Assembly: GCF_000186885.1 (NCBI RefSeq)
Contig: NC_014972.1
Location: 2,610,001-2,642,000, forward strand
Direction: 5' to 3'
DNA length: 32,000 nt
Source of the DNA: Desulfobulbus propionicus DSM 2032
GTDB lineage: Bacteria > Desulfobacterota > Desulfobulbia > Desulfobulbales > Desulfobulbaceae
Below, piece by piece: positions 23,867 through 32,000 of this stretch (its first letter is position 1; every line of letters begins with the position of its first letter). Under the pieces are notes generated by a model. It did no database searches and was not told the DNA's origin. It saw only the letters and a list, made by a program, of their open reading frames with translations. Both the position numbers and the translations under genes were made by a program.

Positions 23867-26193
23867 TGGCACACAAACCCTGGCGGCTAGGCACCTTTGT
23901 CATCTTCGTTCTCTCGGTCACCACGGTGACCACCATCTTCATTGTCGGCAGCCTGATCCTGCTGATCCGTATTCCGATGATCGAGCAGGAATCCCGGGCC
24001 GCCGTCCGCCAGCAGGCCGGCGAGCTGGTCGGACGGATGGAACTGCTGCTCGGCGGCCTGGAGACCCGTCTCGCTCTGGTCCGCGACGCATTGGCCCGGA
24101 TCCCGCTCGACCAGCGGGAAGACTTCCTTGACCAAGCCGTGGAATCGGCGCCGGCTTTCACCGCCATGTATCTGGTTGCGCGCCAAGGCACCATCGTCGC
24201 GGCCGGCGTGGGCCCCGACTTGCGGTCGCAGAGGCAGGATACCCATGGCATCGACCTGTCGGCCAATCCTCTTTTCCGGGCGGTGATCGGCGACGGACAG
24301 CTCAACTGGAGCGACAACTATCTCTCCTGCATGTCGGGCAGCATCACCGTCGGGTTGGGCATGGTTGCCGGAGCGGACCATGTGCTCATCGCCGAGATCC
24401 CCCCTTCCTACTTTCTCGACACGGCGCGCATCGTGGCCGGTGAACAGACTTCGCCGTTCTGGATCGTTGACCGGCGGGGCGAGGTTATCACCGCCACCGG
24501 CGACCAGTCGGCCACGGGGTCGTTCAATCTCCTGGGCCACCCCTTGTTGCAGGCAGCGATCCACAACACCCGGCTGCCGGAATTTTTCGAATACATGGGA
24601 CGGCGCTATTTTGCCGGCCTGGCGCAATCACCGGCGCTCAAGTGGTTTTTCATCGCCACGGCGCCGAGCGGCTGGCACAACCCGAAAATCCGGATGATCC
24701 TGGTGATCGTTGCCGCCGCCTTTCTGACCGCGATCCTGATCGGAACCTTCCTGACGCCCTTCTGGGCCCGGCAGCTCCTCACCCCCCTGGCCAGCATCAT
24801 CACTCAGGCCCGACAGGTTGCCGAAGGGCGGGATGATGGCGCTTGGCCGCGAGGGCACATCCGTGAACTCAACGATCTGTCCACCCACCTGGAAACCATG
24901 GCCGTGGCCATTCGTGAACGGGAACAACGTTTTTCGACCATCTTCCACACCTCGCCCACGGCGATGCTGGTCAGCGAAACCGATGCCGACTGCACCGCCT
25001 CGGATGTCAACCGGGCCTGGTGCGCCCTCTTCGGCTGGACCCGCGAGCAGATTCTCGGCAAGAAAGGAGTCGAGGTCCGCTTCTGGCAATCGTCCCAGGT
25101 GCGTGACCGGCTGTTTGCCCAGGCCGTGGACACACCGGTGCTGGAGGAGGTTTGGCTGCTCCATGCCGCCGGCCATCCCCTGCTCTGCCGTCTCTCCACC
25201 GCCCAGTTTGACATCACCGGACGGAAAATGGTGGTCTGGACCTTTGAGGATGTCACCGAAATCAGACGAATGGACCATGAACTGCGGCAACTGAACCAGG
25301 AGTTGGAACAACGGGTGATCCAGCGGACCGAGGACCTGTCGCGCAGCAACAAGGAGCTGTCCCAGGCTCTGGCCGACCTGCGGATGACCCAGCGCGAACT
25401 GGTGCGCGCTGAAAAAATGGCGGCCCTGGGCAATCTGGTCGCCGGTGTCGCCCACGAAATGAACACGCCCATCGGTAACGGCCTGATCGCGGTCACCACC
25501 CTTGCCGATCAGGCGCGCGCCTTTCGCCACGCCTCGGCCCAGGGCATCCGCCGCTCGGATCTCGAAGCCCTGTTGGCCAATATCGATCAGGCCACCGACA
25601 TCGCTTCCCGCAACCTCCATCGGGCCGCCGATCTGCTTGCCAATTTCAAGCAGGTGGCCGTGGATCAGACCAGCTGCCAGCGCCGCAGTTTTGCCGTGCA
25701 CGAGGTGATCGATGAAATCGTCACCACCCTCAAGCCGTCCTTGAAGCGCACCCCCTATGTGATCAAAACCGCCATTCCCAGCGGCCTGACCATGGACAGC
25801 TATCCTGGCCCCCTGGGCCAGGTCCTCTCGAACCTGATCAACAACGCGGTCCTCCATGGATTTGACGGACGGCCGCACGGCTGTGTCGATATCCAGGCCG
25901 AACAGGACGCCGACGGCCGCATCGTCCTGCGGGTTCACGATGACGGCAAGGGCATTGCCGCCGAGATGATCAACCGCATCTTCGATCCCTTCGTGACCAC
26001 ACGGATGAGCAGCGGCGGCACGGGCCTGGGCCTGCATATCGCCTACAACGCGGTCACCAACATTCTTGGCGGCACCCTGACGGTCGACAGTGTCGAGGGC
26101 CAGGGTACGGTGTTCACCCTGCGCCTGCCGGCCAACGCGCCCCAGGCAACCACGGAAACAGCCATGCACTATGGCCTGCCCTTGCCCCAGTAG
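23866..26193 (+). CDS. Sensor histidine kinase: TM + Cache-like periplasmic domain + TM + HAMP + PAS + HisKA + HATPase_c
   Basis: Start ATG 23866 overlaps the SBP1 stop (TGATG, 23864-23868). The H-box is 'VAGVAHEMNTPIGN'. The N/G boxes are 'LINNAVLHG', 'DDGKGI' and 'GGTGLGLHI'. The PAS region is 'FSTIFHTSPTAMLVSE...'. Confidence 0.9.
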   Translation: MAHKPWRLGTFVIFVLSVTTVTTIFIVGSLILLIRIPMIEQESRAAVRQQAGELVGRMELLLGGLETRLALVRDALARIPLDQREDFLDQAVESAPAFTAMYLVARQGTIVAAGVGPDLRSQRQDTHGIDLSANPLFRAVIGDGQLNWSDNYLSCMSGSITVGLGMVAGADHVLIAEIPPSYFLDTARIVAGEQTSPFWIVDRRGEVITATGDQSATGSFNLLGHPLLQAAIHNTRLPEFFEYMGRRYFAGLAQSPALKWFFIATAPSGWHNPKIRMILVIVAAAFLTAILIGTFLTPFWARQLLTPLASIITQARQVAEGRDDGAWPRGHIRELNDLSTHLETMAVAIREREQRFSTIFHTSPTAMLVSETDADCTASDVNRAWCALFGWTREQILGKKGVEVRFWQSSQVRDRLFAQAVDTPVLEEVWLLHAAGHPLLCRLSTAQFDITGRKMVVWTFEDVTEIRRMDHELRQLNQELEQRVIQRTEDLSRSNKELSQALADLRMTQRELVRAEKMAALGNLVAGVAHEMNTPIGNGLIAVTTLADQARAFRHASAQGIRRSDLEALLANIDQATDIASRNLHRAADLLANFKQVAVDQTSCQRRSFAVHEVIDEIVTTLKPSLKRTPYVIKTAIPSGLTMDSYPGPLGQVLSNLINNAVLHGFDGRPHGCVDIQAEQDADGRIVLRVHDDGKGIAAEMINRIFDPFVTTRMSSGGTGLGLHIAYNAVTNILGGTLTVDSVEGQGTVFTLRLPANAPQATTETAMHYGLPLPQ

Positions 26194-26280
26194 CGCAAGG
26201 ATGGGGAATATTCTTCAATGCCCGCGCGGACCATTGCCTTCTGGCCGCAATCTTTTCCCGCCGGGCCTCGGAGGACGTTG

Positions 26281-27429
26281 ATGAACAAGGCAAACTTCTG
26301 GTTGCAGGGCAAACCGGGAAGAGGTATCGGCGCTTTTCTGGTCGTGCTGTCGCTCGTGCTGGCCGGCACGGCCTGTTCCCCTCCGGAACCGATCCGAATC
26401 GGTTTTATCGGCGGCACCTCCGGCAGGGGGGCCGATCCCGGCATTGCCGGCCGCGACGGGGCGCAGCTGGCCATCGAGCGGTGCAATCAACAGGGTGGCA
26501 TCTCGGGAAGATCGATCGAACTGCTGATCAAGGATGACGCCCAGGATCCGGAAACCGCCCGCAAGGCGGTGGAGGAGCTCGCCGCCCGGGGCGTGGAGGC
26601 GATCATCGGGCCGATGACGAGCGACATGGGCCTGGCGGTGACTCCGGTGGTCAACCGGCAGCGGATCGTGACAGTCAGCCCCACCGTCACCACCGAGGAA
26701 CTCACCGGCAAGGACGATTATTTTTTTCGGGTGACCTCCACCACCCGCATATTCGCCACCACCAACGCCCGCTTTCAGTTAAGGGAAAAACGGATGCGCC
26801 GCGTGGGGGTGATCTACGACCTCGGCAACCGCACCTTCACCGAAAACTGGCTCCGTCAGTTCCGTCAGGCCTTCGAGGAGGGCGGCGGAAGCATCGTCGC
26901 CCAGAAGACCTTCCTTTCCGGAAAAGATACCTCCTCTATGGATCTGGCCAAGGACCTACTGACCAACCCCATCGACGGTATCCTGATCATCGCCAACTCC
27001 ATGGATTCGGCCCTGCTCTGCCAGCAGATTCGCAAGCTCAACAACAAGCTGCCGATCACCCTGGCGGACTGGGGCGCCACCGAACGGCTCCTGGAACTGG
27101 GCGGCCGGGCGGTCGAGGGCGTGACCGTGGTCCAGACCTTTGACCGCAACAGCAGTCATCCGTCCTATGTCCACTATCGCAAGACCTATCTCGACCGATT
27201 CAAACGGGAACCAGGCTTCCCCGGCGTCTATGCCTTTGACTCGGCCAACGTGATCCTTGAGGCGCTCTCCCGGCGGAAAAGGGGGCAGAGTCTGAAAGAA
27301 GCCCTGCTAACGATTCGTGAATTCAAGGGCGTGCAAAGCCACTTTTCTTTCGACGATTTTGGCGATGTCCGCCGAGCGCATGTGTCGATGAGCGTGGTGA
27401 AAAACGGCCAATTTGTGGTGATCGAATAA
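26281..27429 (+). CDS. Periplasmic type-I solute-binding protein (Peripla_BP_6-like), SBP2, paralog of SBP1
   Basis: 'EPIRIGFIGGTSGRGADPGIAGRDGAQLAIERCNQQGGISGRSIELLIKDDAQDP' aligns residue-for-residue by eye with SBP1. The shared 'LLELGG[KR]AVEG' block also matches. ATG 26281 has RBS GGAGGA upstream. Confidence 0.85.
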   Translation: MNKANFWLQGKPGRGIGAFLVVLSLVLAGTACSPPEPIRIGFIGGTSGRGADPGIAGRDGAQLAIERCNQQGGISGRSIELLIKDDAQDPETARKAVEELAARGVEAIIGPMTSDMGLAVTPVVNRQRIVTVSPTVTTEELTGKDDYFFRVTSTTRIFATTNARFQLREKRMRRVGVIYDLGNRTFTENWLRQFRQAFEEGGGSIVAQKTFLSGKDTSSMDLAKDLLTNPIDGILIIANSMDSALLCQQIRKLNNKLPITLADWGATERLLELGGRAVEGVTVVQTFDRNSSHPSYVHYRKTYLDRFKREPGFPGVYAFDSANVILEALSRRKRGQSLKEALLTIREFKGVQSHFSFDDFGDVRRAHVSMSVVKNGQFVVIE

Positions 27430-27621
27430 GGTCTGATCGCTTTATTCGCCAATCCCCGCAACGCGTATTGACCGAATTTCCGCTTTCGCTTATGAGGGGA
27501 CCAGAAAGCTGAACCCAGCGGCAACCAAGGGTATCCGGGGACGGGCTGTAGCCTGCGATCCCCGCCGCCGGGGAGGAAACCGCGCCAGAACACGGCGCCC
27601 AGACAGGAAGAAGGTAGACCG

Positions 27622-29331
27622 ATGACATCCATCCGCAGCAAAGTGTTCCTCATCATCGTGGCGGTGTTCGCGCTCCTGGTCGGAGTGAACTTTTTCATCC
27701 AACGATCCATCATCTACCCCAGCTTCCTGGAACTGGAGCAGAAGGAGGCCGGTGAGCATCTCAAGCGGATCATTCACGCCATCGACCGGGAAATAGCCCA
27801 CCTGAACAAGCTCTGCGGCGATTGGGCGGTCTGGGATGATTCCTACGCCTTCATGGCCAACCAGTCCAAAACCTTCATTGCCAGCAATTTGAACGAGGAA
27901 ACCCTGGAGGCCGACCATCTCAATCTCCTGGTGTACTGCGGAACCGACGGCACCATCGTCTGGCGCTACGCGGTCGACTCGCTCAACCGGCAGCCGCTTG
28001 CCTTTGATTTTCTCGCCAGCGGCCGAATCGCGCCGCACCATCCCCTGCTTGCCGTGCACCCCATCGCCGACGGACAAAAAGGCGCTTCGGGAGTCTTCAA
28101 CTCTCCCTTCGGCTCGCTGCTGTTCGCCACCCGGGAGATTCTCCAGTCCGACGGCAACGGCCCGGCCAGGGGATATCTGATCATGGGCATCTTCCTCGAC
28201 GCATCGATGCAGCAGCTCCTGCGGGAGCAGACCCGCATAGGGTTCGACATCGTCTATCCCCCCGCGGAAATTCCCTCCCAGTGCGATATCGAGAGTATCG
28301 AGGCCCTGAAGCACTCCTCCCTGACCGAAATGGTCCTGGGCGGCGGCAATTCTCTCAGAATCTGCGGCATATACCGGGACGACGCCGGAGCGCCCCTTTT
28401 CGGCCTGCGGTTCCTGCTGCCGCGCGACATCACCCGCAAGGGCATTGCCAGCATGCGATACGCCTCCGCTTTGGTGGTCGTCTCCGGGCTGATCATCCTC
28501 CTTATCCTCAGCGCCGTGCTTCACCAGGTGATCCTCCGACCGGTGCAACGTCTGACCGAACACGCGATCAGGCTGGAACAGGGGGAAGAGCATCGCCTGC
28601 TTCTCGATCTCGAGCGGAACGACGAAATCGGCAGGCTCGCCCACAGTCTCGACACCATGGTCCAGACCATCAGCCAGCGGACCAAGGATCTCAAGGAGGC
28701 CAACGAGCAGCTGATCTGGCTGTCCATGCTCGACGGCTTGACCGGGATCGCCAATCGCCGCATGTTCGACCTGAATATCAAAAAGGAATGGCGCCGGGCC
28801 ATGCGCGACCAGACCCCTCTTTCCCTGATTCTGCTGGATGTGGATTTTTTCAAGGGCTACAATGACACCTACGGTCATCTCCAGGGGGACCAGTGTCTGA
28901 TCAGGGTGGCGAGTTCCCTCCAGCAACAGGTCCACCGGCCGTCAGACTTGGCGGCCCGCTACGGCGGCGAGGAGTTTGTCCTGGTCCTGCCCAACACCTC
29001 GGCAGAGGGCGCCATGCTCCTGGCCGAACGGGTGCGCTCGGCGGTGCAGGCGCTGGCAATCGAACACCGCGCCTCCCAGGTGTCGCCGTTTGTGTCGATC
29101 AGTCTCGGCGTGGTGACCACGGTGCCGCCGGTTGAACGCGAAGACGGCGCGATGCACGAATTTCTCGCACTGGCCGACAAGGCGCTGTATCAGGCCAAAC
29201 AGCAAGGCCGCAACAGGGCAGTCTTCGAGCCTGTCCCGTCTCGGCGCCACCTCGGTGCTCCCGACGACAGCAAGCCGGAAACGCACCGTTCCGGCAGAGG
29301 GGAAAAAACATCCCATGAATCCAGGCAATGA
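27622..29331 (+). CDS. Diguanylate cyclase: TM + CHASE4-like periplasmic domain + TM + HAMP + GGDEF (active-type, with I-site)
   Basis: 'LCGDWAVWDDSYAFM' is the CHASE4 signature. There is a HAMP linker. GGEEF is preceded by RPSD five residues upstream (an RxxD I-site). Confidence 0.9.
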   Translation: MTSIRSKVFLIIVAVFALLVGVNFFIQRSIIYPSFLELEQKEAGEHLKRIIHAIDREIAHLNKLCGDWAVWDDSYAFMANQSKTFIASNLNEETLEADHLNLLVYCGTDGTIVWRYAVDSLNRQPLAFDFLASGRIAPHHPLLAVHPIADGQKGASGVFNSPFGSLLFATREILQSDGNGPARGYLIMGIFLDASMQQLLREQTRIGFDIVYPPAEIPSQCDIESIEALKHSSLTEMVLGGGNSLRICGIYRDDAGAPLFGLRFLLPRDITRKGIASMRYASALVVVSGLIILLILSAVLHQVILRPVQRLTEHAIRLEQGEEHRLLLDLERNDEIGRLAHSLDTMVQTISQRTKDLKEANEQLIWLSMLDGLTGIANRRMFDLNIKKEWRRAMRDQTPLSLILLDVDFFKGYNDTYGHLQGDQCLIRVASSLQQQVHRPSDLAARYGGEEFVLVLPNTSAEGAMLLAERVRSAVQALAIEHRASQVSPFVSISLGVVTTVPPVEREDGAMHEFLALADKALYQAKQQGRNRAVFEPVPSRRHLGAPDDSKPETHRSGRGEKTSHESRQ

Positions 29332-32000
29332 CGCATCGTTGACGTCGATGACCGGACTGCCCGCCACGGGACAAACCAGCAGCGCTTCCGGTAAACGCCT
29401 CCCGGGGAAGGGTGGGCTTGTCCATCCACTTCTCCTCGTCCTGGCGTTGTCCGTTTGTCTGTCGGGATCTCCCGCGTCCGCAGGAGATCCGCCAGGAGTT
29501 GGCCTCACCGCCGAAGAGCGGGCCTGGCTGGCGCACAATCCTGACAAGCTGACCCTCTATTTCAGCACCGATTTTCCGCCCATCGAATTTGCCTCGACCT
29601 CGGGCGAGTTCACCGGCATGGGCGCGGACCTCATCGCCCTGGTGGAAAAACAGCTCGGCATCCGCTTTATCAAGCGCCCTGCCCAAACCTGGAACCAACT
29701 GCTTGCCGCCCTGGCAAGCGGGGAATGCGCGGTCGCGCCAACCATCGTCCGCACCGCTGAGCGGGAGCGGTACGCCCTGTTCACCGCCCCGTACGCCACG
29801 GTGCCGGTGGTCCTCATCACCACCCGGGCGATCCACGACACCATCAGCCTCAACGCCCTGCCCGGCCGGCGCCTCGGTGCGGTTTCCGGCTTTGTGACCG
29901 AACACTACCTGCGCGATCTGGCCCAGGGCCGCTTCGAGGTGGTGCCCGTGGCCAATGTTGCCGAAGGGTTGCGCAAGCTGTCGTTCGGTGAGTTGGATGC
30001 CTTCGCGGAAAATCTTGCCGTGGCTGCCTACTCGATCGAACAGGACGGACTGCCCAACCTGCGGGTGGCCGGGAACACCGATTATGTCTTTGCCTTGAGC
30101 ATCGGGGTAAACCGTTCATACCCCTTGCTCTACAGCTCTATTCAAAAGGCATTGGCAGCGGTTCCCCCAGCCGAACTTGAACAGGTGCGGCGGCGCTGGA
30201 TTTCACTGCGCACCGACAGCCTCTCTCCGGAAACCCGCCGCCTGTTGTGGTTGATCGGTTGCTTTACCATCATGCTGCTCCTTGGGCTGGCAGGGATCAG
30301 CTATGTGCTCAAACGTCGCCTCAACCAGCAGGTTGACAGCCTGAAAACCGCGCAACAAAAGATCCTGGAACAGGCCGAACTCCTCCAGCTGGCCATTGAT
30401 ACCACCCAAGCGGCGGTCTGGGATCTGCAGCCATCCCGCGGCATCCTCCATCTCGGCGCCGCAGGGCATTGTTTTCCCGACAGCGCCAACACGGCCGATC
30501 ACTTTGTGGCTCTGGATACCTGGCAGGTCATGATCCATCCCGAGGACATGCCGCATCTACGGGATGCCTACAGAGACTACCTCCGTTCGGGGGGCAAGGG
30601 GCTGTTTGAAATCGAATTCCGCCTGCGCAGCGCCAGCGGCGATTGGCGATGGGTGCTGTCCAAGGGCAAAGCCGTGGCATGGGACGAGCAGGGGCAGCCT
30701 TCCCGTCTCATCGGCCTGGACATCGATATCGAGGAACTGAAAAAGGCGCAGGAGGCGATGCGCCGCAGCGAGGCCCGTTTCCGCTCGCTGTTTGCCATGG
30801 CGCCGGTACCGCTTGCCAGTGCCTCCCGGGATGGCCGCATCCTGATGGTGAACGATCGTTTTACCCAAATCCTCGGCTATACCCTTGCCGATCTGCCCAC
30901 CCTGGAGCAATGGTGGCTGCTGGCCTATCCCGACCCGCAGTACCGGCATGAGGTCCGGCAGCACTGGCAGACCGTGGCCCAACAGGCCTTGCACGGCGAG
31001 TTCGGGATGATATCCGGTGAATTCCGGGTTACCTGCAAGGACGGCATAGAACGCATCATGCTCATCGGCGCCGCCAGCATCGGCGAAGTGCTGCACGTCT
31101 CCTTTTTCGACATCACCGAACACAAGCGGGCCGAGGAAGTCTTGGATCGCGAGCGCACCAATCTGCGGGCCATTGTCCATGCCTCGCCGGTGGCAGTGCT
31201 GGTGTTCGACAGCGGCGGCAGGGTGGTTGACGCCAACCGGGCCGTTGAACGGCTGTTCGCGCTGACCTCCGGGCAGTGGCGGGGCGGCACCTGGGGCGAC
31301 CTGCTCCGCTGCCCGAACCGCCTCGTTCATCCCCAAGGCTGCGGCCATGCCCCTGACTGCGTCAACTGCGTCTTTTCGCGAGCCATCAGGGAAACCATAA
31401 CCGGCAGCACACCCGCTCGCGACCGGGAAGCCGAGGCCGTGCTCGACGTCCCCGGTTCGGCCAAACGCCTCTGGCTGCGTTTCAGCATCGAACCGTTTGA
31501 GCTCAATGGCCAACCCCATGTTGTCATGGCCCTTGACGATCTGAGCGCGCGCAGGCAAGCCGAGGAGGCGCTACGGGCCTCGGAGGCAAAACTCCGTTCC
31601 CTGTTCGCCGCCATGCAGGATGTGATCCTCGTGCTGGACGCGAATGGCCGCTATCTTGAAATCGCCCCCACCGACCCCTCGTTGCTGTGCCGCCCACCCG
31701 AAGGATTGCTGGGCAAAACGCTGGCCGAGGTGTTCCCGCCGGAAAAGGCCGCCGAGTTCCTGGCCGCGATCCGCACGGTGCTTGACAACGGCAAACGGGT
31801 CTTCCTCGACTACACCGTCCCGGTGGTTGACGGACGGGATCTGTGGTTCGCGGCCATCGTCGCGCCGCTGGCAGCGGACCGGGTTGTCTTGATCGCCCGG
31901 GATATCACCGACCGCAAACGGGCGGAAGAGGAACGGGGGAAGCTCCAAGAACAGCTGATGCAATCGCAAAAGCTGGAAGCGGTCGGTATCCTCGCCGGAG
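29315..32000 (+). CDS. Sensor histidine kinase (3'-truncated): signal peptide + SBP_bac_3-like periplasmic domain + TM + at least four PAS repeats + start of HisKA
   Basis: This ORF is not in the supplied track because it runs off the window. It is open from ATG 29315 (alternative ATG 29348) to nt 32000. 'LTLYFSTDFPPIEFASTSGEFTGMGADLIAL' is a family-3 SBP fold. Repeated PAS ends read 'DI[TD]E[HL]K.A[EQ]E'. The last residues, 'QKLEAVGILAG', begin an H-box. Confidence 0.85.
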   Translation, partial: MNPGNDASLTSMTGLPATGQTSSASGKRLPGKGGLVHPLLLVLALSVCLSGSPASAGDPPGVGLTAEERAWLAHNPDKLTLYFSTDFPPIEFASTSGEFTGMGADLIALVEKQLGIRFIKRPAQTWNQLLAALASGECAVAPTIVRTAERERYALFTAPYATVPVVLITTRAIHDTISLNALPGRRLGAVSGFVTEHYLRDLAQGRFEVVPVANVAEGLRKLSFGELDAFAENLAVAAYSIEQDGLPNLRVAGNTDYVFALSIGVNRSYPLLYSSIQKALAAVPPAELEQVRRRWISLRTDSLSPETRRLLWLIGCFTIMLLLGLAGISYVLKRRLNQQVDSLKTAQQKILEQAELLQLAIDTTQAAVWDLQPSRGILHLGAAGHCFPDSANTADHFVALDTWQVMIHPEDMPHLRDAYRDYLRSGGKGLFEIEFRLRSASGDWRWVLSKGKAVAWDEQGQPSRLIGLDIDIEELKKAQEAMRRSEARFRSLFAMAPVPLASASRDGRILMVNDRFTQILGYTLADLPTLEQWWLLAYPDPQYRHEVRQHWQTVAQQALHGEFGMISGEFRVTCKDGIERIMLIGAASIGEVLHVSFFDITEHKRAEEVLDRERTNLRAIVHASPVAVLVFDSGGRVVDANRAVERLFALTSGQWRGGTWGDLLRCPNRLVHPQGCGHAPDCVNCVFSRAIRETITGSTPARDREAEAVLDVPGSAKRLWLRFSIEPFELNGQPHVVMALDDLSARRQAEEALRASEAKLRSLFAAMQDVILVLDANGRYLEIAPTDPSLLCRPPEGLLGKTLAEVFPPEKAAEFLAAIRTVLDNGKRVFLDYTVPVVDGRDLWFAAIVAPLAADRVVLIARDITDRKRAEEERGKLQEQLMQSQKLEAVGILAG

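Noticed and set aside
22490-23872. 460-aa ORF on the - strand
   Set aside because: It is antisense to SBP1 and the end of the EAL gene, with no motifs.
24628-26169. 513-aa ORF on the - strand
   Set aside because: It is antisense to the histidine kinase (H, N and G boxes are present on the + strand) and has no recognisable domain.
27430-27621. Possible c-di-GMP or other riboswitch in the 192-nt GC-rich leader of the CHASE4-GGDEF gene
   Set aside because: Only short local stems are visible (for example CGGGGA/TCCCCG). I could not recognise GEMM-I/II or any other conserved riboswitch core by eye. An Rfam/Infernal scan is needed before any claim.
27490-28935. 481-aa ORF on the - strand
   Set aside because: It is antisense to the CHASE4-HAMP-GGDEF gene and is a shadow ORF.
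30557-31558. 333-aa ORF on the - strand
   Set aside because: It is antisense to the unlisted multi-PAS kinase ORF, which is open from 29315 to the window end and has repeated PAS signatures.
1-32000. Search for CRISPR arrays, tRNA/rRNA genes, IS elements, integrases and long direct repeats
   Set aside because: I saw no regularly spaced repeats, no tRNA T-arm/anticodon-like structures, no rRNA-like segments and no transposase or integrase ORFs. The only mobile-element-like signal is the AT-rich islet at 5066-5708.

Overview
GC-rich bacterial chromosomal segment, roughly 60% G+C by eye. The gene content (multi-PAS kinases, CHASE4-GGDEF, REC-DUF3369, SulP/Usp, ANTAR) looks like a Desulfobacterota-type anaerobe, but that taxonomic call is inference only. 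I can support 22 protein-coding genes plus one frameshifted gene. I found no rRNA, tRNA, CRISPR array or recognisable IS/transposase. Most long ORFs lying antisense to these genes are high-GC artefacts. Gene order: a 5'-truncated sigma-54 activator; a DUF2231-like membrane protein; a translationally coupled SET-domain / LysA-like PLP decarboxylase pair; GYF_2-AIM24; a small AT-rich islet carrying a PIN-like gene broken in a C8 tract; DUF533; a SprA-related HEMAH protein; an M18 aminopeptidase; a small wHTH protein plus a GAF-ANTAR regulator; a glutamate-synthase-like FMN enzyme; a KaiC-like/XRE/cupin regulator with an LTA-synthase-like enzyme; an acyl-CoA ligase; a Usp-SulP operon. The last ~11.5 kb is a same-strand signalling cluster: REC-DUF3369-GGDEF(degenerate)-EAL, SBP, dCache-HAMP-PAS kinase, SBP, CHASE4-HAMP-GGDEF, and an SBP-fused multi-PAS kinase. 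The most checkable findings are these. (1) A near-textbook ANTAR two-hexaloop antiterminator overlaps an intrinsic terminator in the leader of the glutamate-synthase-like gene. (2) Two paralogous orphan periplasmic binding proteins are start/stop-coupled to c-di-GMP and two-component sensors, with no ABC permease or ATPase in view. (3) The SET/decarboxylase pair is GTGA-coupled, and the decarboxylase appears to lack the family's conserved Cys. (4) A SulP transporter carries a coiled-coil insertion of about 130 aa. (5) One PAS domain contains a four-Cys motif. All domain calls come from motif recognition by eye. No database search was run.
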